Assembly (NCBI GenBank): GCA_963816185.1
Contig: CAWFJJ010000027.1
Location: 1 to 18,662, forward strand
From: Thermoanaerobaculia bacterium
Lineage (GTDB): Bacteria; Acidobacteriota; Thermoanaerobaculia; UBA5066
Direction: 5' to 3'
Length of the DNA: 18,662 bases
Below, one piece after another: positions 8,917 to 18,662 of this stretch. Made by a program: the position numbers and the translations under genes. Each line of letters starts with the position of its first letter. Within the stretch, counting starts at the first letter, position 1. The notes under the pieces are model-generated. The model was not told where the DNA came from and made no database searches. It was given only the letters and a program-made list of their open reading frames with translations.

Positions 8917-10434
8917 TCAGGGCCTGGAGTACTCGTCGATCACGCGAGAGATCGCCCGCCTGCAGACCGGACAGAACCCTCCCGGATCGCGCGTGAACAT
9001 GATGCAGTCGGCCGAGGGCCGATAGAGGCCTTTCGCCTCGTACGAGGCACCCTCGAAGGCTCCGACCTTGCCGGACCACGTCATCGTGGACAGGAGCTTC
9101 GAATCCAGGGCCATCTGCCGGCGGAAGAGGTCGTCGAGCGCGGAGGGCGGCGCGCCGGAGGCGATGAGCTTCTTCCGCTCTGCCTGGAATCCGCGGGTCT
9201 GCTTTTCGAAGGCTTCTTTCTCCCACGGGGTCGGCAACGGCGTTCCCTTCTCGACGAGGTCGGCCCATTTCAGCGCCTTCGGGTCGTGCAGGGCGGTCAC
9301 GTTCGGCTCCCACGGCTCCGGCTTCTCGCCGCCGGTCTCGTACGCCACGTCCGATCCGTAGTACTCGTCCGCGAGGCCCGCGAAGTGGTGGCCGAACTCG
9401 TGCACGAAGACGTACTCGGCGAAGCCCGTGTCCACGGACGCGGTGGCCTGGAAGTTGTAGATTCCGCCGCCGCCGTAACGAGCGTCGTTCACGAGAATCT
9501 CGAGGAAGTCGTACGGCGCGGCGGAGGCGGCTTCGCGAAGCGCGCGGTCGTCGTACGTGAGCACGTAGCGCTCCGAGCCGAAGATGCCGTATTGAACGGA
9601 CAGCGGCGTTCGCCTGAAGATCTTCGAGTCCGGCCTCAGGACGCCGCTTTCGGAATCGGACAGGTCGAGCGCGCGCACGTTGAAGTCGGACTTGCGGCTC
9701 TTGAACGGCTCGTACGTGAAGAGGATGTCCACGAGGCGCTTCACGTCGGCGTGAAACTTCGGCAAGTCCTTTTCGGCATAGCCCTCGCCGAGGAGGAGGA
9801 GATCCAGCTTCGCGGCGGCCGGCCCGTTCTCGAAGACCGTCCAGACCTTTCCCATCGGCGCCCGCGGCGCGGGATTCACCTCGGGCCCCGCAGGATCGAT
9901 CACGGTGGAAAACAGCTCGTGGAAGACATTGGCCTTGTCGCGGCGCTGGAGCGCGATCCGGACCTTCTCGCGTGGCCACGGAAGCCGCAGCGATTCGGGA
10001 AACGTCCGGGCCGCCCTCTTCGCCTCCTCCGTCTGCTCCCACTCGCCGAACATCGACGAATAGCCGCGCGAGAAGAGGACGCGATTCGTCCGTGCGTCCC
10101 GGACCTCGAACAGATTGCTGCCGAGGTTCGTCTCGTCGAGGAGGCGGGTCCGGCTGCCCGGCCAGGGGCCGTCGTCGACGACGCGATCGAGCGCCACCAC
10201 CTCGCCCTTCGGGCCGCCCGTGTGGAAGAGATCCACACGCATCGTGCGGCCGGTGAAGAGAGCGTCGAAGGAATTCGGAGAAGAAATCTCTGCTGAAGAA
10301 AGAGAAGAAAGAAAGACTTCTGCGGAAGAGGAAGAAGAAGAGAGAATTCCTTTGAAAAGGAGGAGAAGGGGGAGCGCAGCCGCAGCGAGGAAGAGAGGGC
10401 GGCGCAGCCTGTTTGGGAGTTTGCTCAGCTTCAT
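8917..10434 (-). CDS. Secreted M64-family (IgA peptidase-like) metallopeptidase with N-terminal domain, 505 aa
   Basis: Signal peptide; F.GRTMRVDLFHTG and YSSMFGEW N-domain motifs; DLLLLGEGY; YGGGGIYN; zinc motif HEFGHHFAGLADEY; GAFEGASY...GLYRP..DCIM...FCPVC tail. The ATG overlaps the tilS stop (ATGA). Confidence 0.92.
   Translation of the reverse strand: MKLSKLPNRLRRPLFLAAAALPLLLLFKGILSSSSSSAEVFLSSLSSAEISSPNSFDALFTGRTMRVDLFHTGGPKGEVVALDRVVDDGPWPGSRTRLLDETNLGSNLFEVRDARTNRVLFSRGYSSMFGEWEQTEEAKRAARTFPESLRLPWPREKVRIALQRRDKANVFHELFSTVIDPAGPEVNPAPRAPMGKVWTVFENGPAAAKLDLLLLGEGYAEKDLPKFHADVKRLVDILFTYEPFKSRKSDFNVRALDLSDSESGVLRPDSKIFRRTPLSVQYGIFGSERYVLTYDDRALREAASAAPYDFLEILVNDARYGGGGIYNFQATASVDTGFAEYVFVHEFGHHFAGLADEYYGSDVAYETGGEKPEPWEPNVTALHDPKALKWADLVEKGTPLPTPWEKEAFEKQTRGFQAERKKLIASGAPPSALDDLFRRQMALDSKLLSTMTWSGKVGAFEGASYEAKGLYRPSADCIMFTRDPGGFCPVCRRAISRVIDEYSRP
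10271..10399. repeat. Purine-rich low-complexity tract with an imperfect 30-bp tandem duplication, encoding the signal region and Ser-rich linker of the peptidase
   Basis: GAA/GAGA runs on the plus strand. 10291-10320 vs 10321-10350 match 19/30 by manual count. Protein: ILSSSSSSAEVFLSSLSSAEISS. Confidence 0.6.
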
Positions 10435-11435
10435 GGTGGCTCGATCGTAGACCGAGTTCGCCCTCTTCGCGGCGCCGGGACGAACCTCACGGTGCGCGGA
10501 TCGACCTCGACGCGGCCGCCCGCGAATTCCTCGCCGAAGGTCTTGTCACCTTTCTCGATGCGGCTCAGAACCTTTTTCACCTGAGCCTTCCCCGGGACTC
10601 GGCCGCCGGCGCCGGCGGCCCTCACGAGCAGGCGGCCGGCCGCTTCGAGCGAGAGACGCGCGAAAAAGGAACGGGGCCAAATACCCTTCGACGAGATCTT
10701 CTTCTCGGCCAACGCCTCGTCGAGCCGGCGGTCGAGCGCGTCCAGCCTCTCCCCCCATTTCGCTCCGGCGCGCGCCAGCCGCGCAGTTCTGCCGGGGTCC
10801 TTTCGCTCCATTTCCGGAAGCACGCTGCGGCGGATGCGGTTTCGCGCGAAGCCCTCGTTCTCGTTCGTCTCGTCCTCGCGAAAGGGAATACGTCTCTGGG
10901 CAAGGAGCTCGCGCAGCTCGGCACGCGAAAAGGGGAGGAGCGGACGGACGATGCCGTCGGCCCGGCGCGAGCGGATCCCTCCGCGGGCGCGGCCGAGTCG
11001 CCGCTCGAGGTGGAGCAGGACGGTCTCGGCTTGATCGTCACGCGTGTGCCCCGTCAAGACGAGAGCGCCGCCGAGGCTTTTGGAGAGAGCGAGGAGCGCC
11101 GCGTACCGCAGGCGGCGGGCCGCAGCCTCGAGGCTCTCGCCCTTCCTCCGCCCGGACGGGACGTCGACCGCGCGAAGGATGAAAGGCAGGGAAAGCTTTG
11201 CGGCGAGCCGCGCGCAGAACCGCGCGTCCTCGTCGCCGGCAGCGCCCCTGAGGCCGTGCGCGACGTGCGCGGACGTCACGGCAACGCCGCGCGGAGACGC
11301 CCACGCGGCGGCGAGGAGGAGAAGCGCCGTGGAGTCGCTCCCGCCCGAATGCGCCACGACGAGCGTGGCGCCGCCCGCGAAAAGGCGTCCTTCCTCGACG
11401 TGTCGGGCGAAGCGATCCTCGAGTGGCCCCGTCAT
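10431..11435 (-). CDS. tilS: tRNA(Ile)-lysidine synthetase, short form (334 aa)
   Basis: PP-loop SGGSDS, HVAHGLR, EAAARRLRY, GHTRDDQAETVL, RPLL and DETN......RNRIR motifs; upstream of hpt-ftsH. Confidence 0.95.
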   Translation of the reverse strand: MTGPLEDRFARHVEEGRLFAGGATLVVAHSGGSDSTALLLLAAAWASPRGVAVTSAHVAHGLRGAAGDEDARFCARLAAKLSLPFILRAVDVPSGRRKGESLEAAARRLRYAALLALSKSLGGALVLTGHTRDDQAETVLLHLERRLGRARGGIRSRRADGIVRPLLPFSRAELRELLAQRRIPFREDETNENEGFARNRIRRSVLPEMERKDPGRTARLARAGAKWGERLDALDRRLDEALAEKKISSKGIWPRSFFARLSLEAAGRLLVRAAGAGGRVPGKAQVKKVLSRIEKGDKTFGEEFAGGRVEVDPRTVRFVPAPRRGRTRSTIEPP

Positions 11436-11442
11436 CGTGCGT

Positions 11443-11448
11443 TATCAT
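11443..11448 (+). promoter_or_regulatory. Putative -10 element (TATCAT) with GC-rich discriminator for the tRNA gene
   Basis: TATCAT followed by CCGCCC, 37 nt upstream of the mature tRNA 5' end. No convincing -35 seen. Confidence 0.4.
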
Positions 11449-11485
11449 CCGCCCTCCACCCGGGTCCCCGGGCGCGCCTTTTCGG

Positions 11486-11562
11486 GGCGGCGTAGCTCAG
11501 ATGGCCAGAGCAGGGGTCTCATAAGCCCTTTGTCGGCGGTTCGATTCCGCCCGCCGCCACCA
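11486..11562 (+). tRNA. tRNA with CAT anticodon, most likely elongator tRNA-Met
   Basis: Cloverleaf: acceptor GGCGGCG/CGCCGCC, D stem GCTC/GAGC, anticodon arm GGGGT-CTCATAA-GCCCT (CAT at 11520-11522), T arm GGCGG-TTCGATT-CCGCC, A73 and encoded CCA. Paired G1-C72 argues against initiator. G2-C71/C3-G70 are Met-like. Confidence 0.95.
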
Positions 11563-11646
11563 TTCATTCAAAAGGAGTTAGGACGAATCGCCTCGGCCGT
11601 TCTTTCGGCGCGCGTCACTCTTGCGCCCCCGTGCCCAGATTCCCAT

Positions 11647-14253
<2,607 letters not shown>

Positions 14254-14267
14254 GAAGGCCCGGAGAG

Positions 14268-14311
14268 ATTCTATCCGCGGCTGGTCCGCGCTTCCCGCGC
14301 CGCCTTATGAT
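14268..14311. promoter_or_regulatory. Divergent back-to-back -10 elements
   Basis: TAGAAT on the minus strand (14273-14268) toward the kinase. TATGAT on the plus strand (14306-14311) lies 6 nt before ATG 14318. Confidence 0.55.
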
Positions 14312-14317
14312 TCCACC

Positions 14318-14554
14318 ATGCGGCGGCGAGACGGAGAAGAAGACGACTCGCCTTACATCTTCTGTGAGCAGTGCGACCAGATGTTCGAGCGCGTGTTCAT
14401 CCAGCAGTGTTCGTTCTGCTCCAAGGATTTCTGTCGGAACTGCGCGGTCCGCTCGGGGAACGCGGCGTTCTGCAGCAAGGCCTGCGCGAAAGCGTGGTTT
14501 TTCGCCGATGCCGACGAGGACGAGGCAGAAGAAGAGAAGAAGGAGACGACGTAG
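14318..14554 (+). CDS. Small Cys8 zinc-finger protein with acidic tail, 78 aa
   Basis: MRRRDGEEDDSPYIF-CEQC-x11-CSFC-x4-CRNC-x9-CSKAC-AKAWFFADADEDEAEEEKKETT*. The codon bias is coding-like. Confidence 0.8.
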   Translation: MRRRDGEEDDSPYIFCEQCDQMFERVFIQQCSFCSKDFCRNCAVRSGNAAFCSKACAKAWFFADADEDEAEEEKKETT

Positions 14555-15118
14555 ATCCGCGCTTTCCTCGCCGTCTCCGTTGGCGATCCGGGGCTCGACA
14601 CGTCTCTCGCCGCGCGTGCATTCCGCCTTCCCGAAAGCGAGCTCCGGCGGGTGCCGGCCGCCCAACGCCACCTGACTCTTCGCTTTTTCGATGAACTTCC
14701 CGAAGACCGCGTGGAGGACGTCCGCAGCGCGGCGGGCTCGGCAGCCGCGAACGTGCCGGCCTTCGACCTCGAGCTGGAGGGAGTCGGGTGCTTTCCGCCG
14801 CGGGGCCCGGCGAAGGTCGTCTGGGTCGGCTGCGGCGCGGGGCGCGAGGTGCTCGCCGCGCTCGCCGAGGCGCTTTCACGGGCGCTCGCGAGCCGGGGGT
14901 TTCCGGGCGACCCGCGGCCGTTCTCGCCGCACCTCACCCTGGCGCGCGCGCGGAACCGGCGCGGCTCCTCGGCGGTCGCGGCGGCCGTGCACAGGAGCGC
15001 AGCCGTCGAGGGGCCGCTCGGCCGCGTTCGGGTCGACCGCCTGCTTCTCGTTCATTCGACGCTCGGCTCGGGACCGCCCCGACACGACGTACTCGGGACG
15101 TTCCCGCTCGCGGGGTGA
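14555..15118 (+). CDS. thpR: RNA 2',3'-cyclic phosphodiesterase (2H phosphoesterase, ThpR/LigT family), about 187 aa
   Basis: Two HLTL motifs (QRHLTLRF, PFSPHLTLAR) and G.GCFP....AKVVWVG. The family-typical N-terminal strand RAFLAV begins at ATC 14555, upstream of the ORF-track GTG at 14651. Confidence 0.88.
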   Translation: MRAFLAVSVGDPGLDTSLAARAFRLPESELRRVPAAQRHLTLRFFDELPEDRVEDVRSAAGSAAANVPAFDLELEGVGCFPPRGPAKVVWVGCGAGREVLAALAEALSRALASRGFPGDPRPFSPHLTLARARNRRGSSAVAAAVHRSAAVEGPLGRVRVDRLLLVHSTLGSGPPRHDVLGTFPLAG

Positions 15119-15169
15119 CTCGTCCCCGGATGGTTGCGCGAAGGCTCGCTCGGGGGTAGACCACTCGGC

Positions 15170-15649
15170 ATGGACCTCCGCGCGCATCTCCTTGCCTCCC
15201 TCGACCGCGCTTACGACCTCAAGTCGTGGCACGGCCCGAACCTGAAAAGCTCGCTTCGGGGAGTCTCGCCGGCCGTCGCCTTCTTCCGGCCGGGGCCGAA
15301 GCGAAATTCGATTTACGATCTCGTGCTCCATACGGCTTACTGGAAGTACGCGGTCCGGCGCCGGCTCACCGGCGAAAAGCGCGGGTCGTTCGCGCTCGAC
15401 GGTTCGAACTTCTTCGCTGCGCCGCCGCGGTCCACCGCGAAAGAGATCGCGGCGGCGAAGGTCCTTCTCGAGCGCGAGCATCAGGCGCTCCGCGGGGTCG
15501 TAGAAGACCTGCCCGAGGCGGCGTTCCCCGCGCGCATCGGGCGCTGGACTGCGGAAGCGATGGTCGCGGGCGTCGCAGCGCACGACGTCTATCACGCAGG
15601 CCAGATCCAGCTCCTGAAGAGACTTCACGGGGAGAGGCGAAGAGGATGA
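15170..15649 (+). CDS. DinB-superfamily protein, 159 aa
   Basis: SWHGP, SIYDLVLHTAYW and HDVYHAGQI His triad. ATG at 15170 preferred over the upstream TTG. Confidence 0.88.
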   Translation: MDLRAHLLASLDRAYDLKSWHGPNLKSSLRGVSPAVAFFRPGPKRNSIYDLVLHTAYWKYAVRRRLTGEKRGSFALDGSNFFAAPPRSTAKEIAAAKVLLEREHQALRGVVEDLPEAAFPARIGRWTAEAMVAGVAAHDVYHAGQIQLLKRLHGERRRG

Positions 15650-16173
15650 GCGATCTCGCATATCCGATCGGAAAGTTCGCCTGGAGCGGTCCCGGCTCGG
15701 TCGAGGAGCGCGCGCGCCGCATCGCCGAGATCGCGGCAGCCCCTGTGGCGCTGCGGGACGCGGTTGCCGGCCTCTCGGACGCGCAGCTCGAGACGCCCTA
15801 CCGTCCCGGCGGCTGGACGGTCCGGCAGGTCGCCCACCACGTACCCGACAGCCACATGAACGCGTACGTGCGGTTCAAGCTCGCCGTCACGGAGGAAACG
15901 CCGACGATCAAGCCCTACGACGAGGCGGCGTGGGCGCGGCTCGCCGACGTACGCACCGTCCCGGTCGAGACGTCGCTCGCGCTCCTCGAGGCGCTCCACG
16001 CACGGTGGGTCGCGCTCCTGAGATCGCTCGGCGAGGCCGACTGGGCCCGCACGTTCAAGCATCCGGAGCTGGGCGTCGTCCCTCTCGAGAAGAACCTCGC
16101 GCTCTACGCATGGCACGGCCGGCATCACGTCGCCCACGTGACCTCGCTCCGGGAACGGATGGGCTGGGGCTGA
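15646..16173 (+). CDS. yfiT: YfiT/BstA-family thiol S-transferase (DinB fold), 175 aa
   Basis: YPIGKF, YRPGGWTVRQVAHHVPDSHMN and YAWHGRHHVAH motifs. The ATG overlaps the upstream stop (ATGA, 15646-15649). Confidence 0.93.
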   Translation: MSDLAYPIGKFAWSGPGSVEERARRIAEIAAAPVALRDAVAGLSDAQLETPYRPGGWTVRQVAHHVPDSHMNAYVRFKLAVTEETPTIKPYDEAAWARLADVRTVPVETSLALLEALHARWVALLRSLGEADWARTFKHPELGVVPLEKNLALYAWHGRHHVAHVTSLRERMGWG

Positions 16174-16178
16174 GCCGG

Positions 16179-16206
16179 GGCGTGGGGAAGGGAGCCTTGC
16201 CGCGCC
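16179..16206. terminator. Imperfect GC-rich hairpin between convergent genes
   Basis: GGCGTGG..AAGG-gag-CCTT.CCGCGCC, with no U-tract. Confidence 0.25.
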
Positions 16207-16207
16207 G

Positions 16208-16726
16208 TCAGCGCGCCACGGCCGCGGCCCGGCCCTCGTATGCGCGCTCGAGCGTCGCGATGTCCAGCTTCTTCATCGGGAAGAGCGCCGTCATCACGCG
16301 CGAGACCTTCTCGGGATCCGGGTCGGCGACCATGTCGCGCAGCGCTTTCGGCACGACCTGCCAGGACACGCCGAACTTGTCCTTCAGCCAGCCGCACTGC
16401 TGGGCCGCCGGGTCTCCGCCCGCGGTGAGCTTCTCCCAGTACTGGTCGATCTCCTTCTGCGTCTTGCAGAAGACCTGCAGCGAGATCGCTTCGTTGAACC
16501 GGAACTGCGGACCCCCGTTCAAAGCCGTGAACGGCTCGCCGTCGAGCTCGAACTCGACGGTCAGGACGGACCCGGGCGGCCTCTGGTGGATCTCGCGCCC
16601 CGCCTCCGTGTAGTGTGAAAATTTGCGAACTTTCGAGTTCGGAAAGACCGACGTGTAGAACGCGACGGCCTGCTCCGCCTCGCCGTTGAACCACAGGCAC
16701 GGGGCGATCTTGCGGTCGTTGAACAT
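16208..16726 (-). CDS. VOC/PhnB-like protein (3-demethylubiquinone-9 3-methyltransferase-like family), 172 aa
   Basis: KIAPCLWFNGEAEQAVAFYTSVF, FTALNGGPQF.FNEAIS and QCGWLKDKFGVSWQVVP. ATG at 16726 with GGAGG at 16736-16732. Confidence 0.93.
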   Translation of the reverse strand: MFNDRKIAPCLWFNGEAEQAVAFYTSVFPNSKVRKFSHYTEAGREIHQRPPGSVLTVEFELDGEPFTALNGGPQFRFNEAISLQVFCKTQKEIDQYWEKLTAGGDPAAQQCGWLKDKFGVSWQVVPKALRDMVADPDPEKVSRVMTALFPMKKLDIATLERAYEGRAAAVAR

Positions 16727-16786
16727 GAGCGCCTCCCGCGTCTTCGCACGCAGGTTGTGTGCCGGTAAGAATTTCGAATCGGGCGC

Positions 16787-16795
16787 TGCTAGAGT
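16787..16795 (+). promoter_or_regulatory. Putative extended -10 element (TGcTAGAGT) upstream of the OPT gene
   Basis: Lies 9 nt before GTG 16805; no SD visible. Confidence 0.4.
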
Positions 16796-16804
16796 CGTGC
16801 GAAC

Positions 16805-18662
16805 GTGTCCGTTTCTCAGGGCACCTCGTCTCTCGAGGAGTCTCTTCCCGAATTCACCGCGAAGGCGGTGGTCACGGGGGTCGCGCTCGGCCTCGTCTTC
16901 GGGGCCGCGAACGCGTATCTCGGCCTCAGGGTCGGGCTCACCGTATCGGCGTCGATTCCAGCCGCGGTCCTCACCGTCGCCGTCTTCCGTCTCGCCGGCC
17001 GGAGGGGCTCGATTCTCGAGGCGAACCTCTCGCAGACGATCGGCTCGGCCTCGACGGCGCTCGCGACGGGCGCGATCTTCACGATTCCGGCGCTGTTCCT
17101 CTGGGGTGTCGTGCCGCCGTACCTGCAGGTCGTCGCGCTTTGCTTTCTCGGGGCTCTCCTGGGCCTTTGCGCGATGATCCCGCTCCGCCGCCTCCTGATC
17201 GTGGACGCCGACGCCGAGCTGCCGTATCCGGAGGGCACCGCCTGCGCCGAGGTCCTGCGCGCGACCGCGGCGGATTCGAGCGGCAGCGCGTGGATCTTCC
17301 GCGGCATGGCCGTGGGCGCGTTCGTGAAGATCGTGGTGTCGCTCCTCTTCGTCATGCCTTCCGAGGTCGGCGCGGCGCTGCCCTTCCTGCCGAAGGCCGA
17401 GGTTGCCGTCGAGCTCGCTCCCGCTCTTCTCGCCGTGGGCTACATCCTCGGGTACCGGCAATCGGGTGTCCTCGTCGCAGGCTCGATCGTGTCTTCCCTC
17501 GTCCTGATCCCGCTCATCGCCTTCGTCGGGCAGGGGCTCGCGGCCCCGCTCGCACCCGAGGCCGTCAAGCTCGTCTCGGCGATGACGGCGGGCGAGATCT
17601 GGTCGCGCTACGTGCGGTACATCGGCGCGGGCGCCGTGGCGGCGGCGGGCATCCTCACGGTCCTGAAGAACTTTCCCACGATGGCGGGCGCGTTCCTCGC
17701 CGTCGTGAGAGGGGTGCGGCGCGGTCGCGGCGATGCGAAGGGCGCCTCCGCCGGAAGCGTCGCGCGCACGGACCGCGATCTGCCCGGCGGCTTCGTGTTC
17801 GGCGGCGTCGCTCTCGTCGTCCTCGCGGCAGCGCTCGTGCCCGGGATCTTCTCGGGCCACATGGGCCCGCTTCCGCGCGCCGTCTGCGCCGCGGGCGTGG
17901 GCATCTTCGGCGTCCTCTTCGTCGCGGTGGCGGCGCGCATCGTCGGCATCGTGGGCGTCTCCTCGCAGCCGACGTCCGGCATCGCGCTCGTGACGCTCAT
18001 CGGCATCGCTTCGCTCTTTGCGGCGGCGGGCTGGACGGACGGGAACGCGCGCGCCGCCGTCTTGACCGTCGGCACGATCGTCGCGATCGCGGCGTCGAAG
18101 GCCGGCGACATCTCGCAGGACCTCAAGACAGGCTGGCTCGTGGGCGCGACTCCGGCCCGACAGCAGCTCGGGCAGCTCATCGGTGCCGCGTTCGCGTGCT
18201 GGGGCGTCGCGGCGACTGTGCTTCTTCTCGGCAGCGCCTACACCTTCGGGACCAAGGAGATTCCCGCGCCGCAGGCCATGCTCATGAAGACGATCATCGA
18301 GGGTGTTCTCTCGGGCGCGCTGCCGTGGGGGCTCGTCCTGACCGGGGCCGGGCTCTCGTTCGCCGTCATTCTCTGCGGCATCACGGGCCTCGCGTTCGCG
18401 ATCGGCGTCTACCTGCCCCTCTCGACCATGGCGCCCATCTTCGTCGGCGGGTGCGCGCGCGGCCTCGTCGAGCGGTCGCGCCGGGGTCAACCGCCGGAAG
18501 GCAACGACGGAGGGGTCCTCGCGGCGTCCGGCCTCGTCGCGGGCGAGGGCCTCGCGGGCGTCTTCATCGCAGCGCTCGTCGCGTTCGGCATCGCGCCGAA
18601 GGGCCGTCCGCCTCTCGTCGTGGGATTCCAGGGCGAGGCGCTGACCTTCCTCACGATCCTAG
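16805..18662 (+). CDS. OPT-family oligopeptide transporter (3' truncated by the window edge)
   Basis: Absent from the ORF track because it has no stop in the window. Manual translation gives PEFTAKA...FGAANAYLGLRVGLTVSASIPAAV, EANLSQTIGSA, LPYPEGTACAEVL, SSQPTSG, DISQDLKTGWLVGATP..QQ, APQAMLM and FAIGVYLPL. Confidence 0.93.
   Translation, partial: MSVSQGTSSLEESLPEFTAKAVVTGVALGLVFGAANAYLGLRVGLTVSASIPAAVLTVAVFRLAGRRGSILEANLSQTIGSASTALATGAIFTIPALFLWGVVPPYLQVVALCFLGALLGLCAMIPLRRLLIVDADAELPYPEGTACAEVLRATAADSSGSAWIFRGMAVGAFVKIVVSLLFVMPSEVGAALPFLPKAEVAVELAPALLAVGYILGYRQSGVLVAGSIVSSLVLIPLIAFVGQGLAAPLAPEAVKLVSAMTAGEIWSRYVRYIGAGAVAAAGILTVLKNFPTMAGAFLAVVRGVRRGRGDAKGASAGSVARTDRDLPGGFVFGGVALVVLAAALVPGIFSGHMGPLPRAVCAAGVGIFGVLFVAVAARIVGIVGVSSQPTSGIALVTLIGIASLFAAAGWTDGNARAAVLTVGTIVAIAASKAGDISQDLKTGWLVGATPARQQLGQLIGAAFACWGVAATVLLLGSAYTFGTKEIPAPQAMLMKTIIEGVLSGALPWGLVLTGAGLSFAVILCGITGLAFAIGVYLPLSTMAPIFVGGCARGLVERSRRGQPPEGNDGGVLAASGLVAGEGLAGVFIAALVAFGIAPKGRPPLVVGFQGEALTFLTIL

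Noticed and set aside
11486-11562. Calling the tRNA initiator fMet or Ile2
   Set aside because: The 1-72 pair is Watson-Crick and the G29-G30-G31 run is absent (not initiator). The acceptor stem lacks C4-G69/C5-G68 and is Met-like (Ile2 unlikely, not excluded).
14552-14554. Pyrrolysine or genome-wide TAG reassignment
   Set aside because: No pyl genes are visible, and TAG serves as an apparently normal stop for cstA and the 3574 gene. Local readthrough remains possible.
15226-15645. N-terminal extension of the YfiT ORF
   Set aside because: It overlaps the DinB gene in another frame. Family homology begins at MSDLAYPIGKF (15646).
16727-18490. N-terminal 588 aa of the 760-aa minus-strand ORF as a fusion to the VOC protein
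   Set aside because: It is antisense to the OPT gene, and the VOC domain has its own ATG (16726) and GGAGG.

Overview
High-GC bacterial chromosomal window. The gene styles suggest Acidobacteriota, possibly Thermoanaerobaculia-like (inference). From left to right it holds: a large secreted beta-propeller protein with two C-terminal repeat domains, followed by an orphan copy of its last 24 codons; a single-TM hypothetical protein converging on cstA; a minus-strand tilS - M64 peptidase - hpt-like - ftsH cluster divergent from a tRNA(CAT) that looks like elongator Met; a Ser/Thr kinase-propeller fusion; a Cys8 zinc-finger gene and a ThpR-like 2H phosphoesterase in the same frame separated by one TAG; DinB, YfiT/BstA and VOC/PhnB-like genes; and an OPT-family transporter running off the right edge. 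No transposase, integrase, reverse transcriptase, CRISPR array or rRNA was seen. The most notable observations are: (1) the Hpt homolog has replaced essentially all catalytic residues yet stays intact and coupled to ftsH; (2) the ZnF-TAG-ThpR junction needs either an ATC start or stop readthrough; (3) the orphan C-terminal cassette and AT-rich loop patches in the surface protein; (4) a possible prokaryotic CCDC47-like protein beside cstA. All family assignments come from motif recognition by eye; no searches were run.
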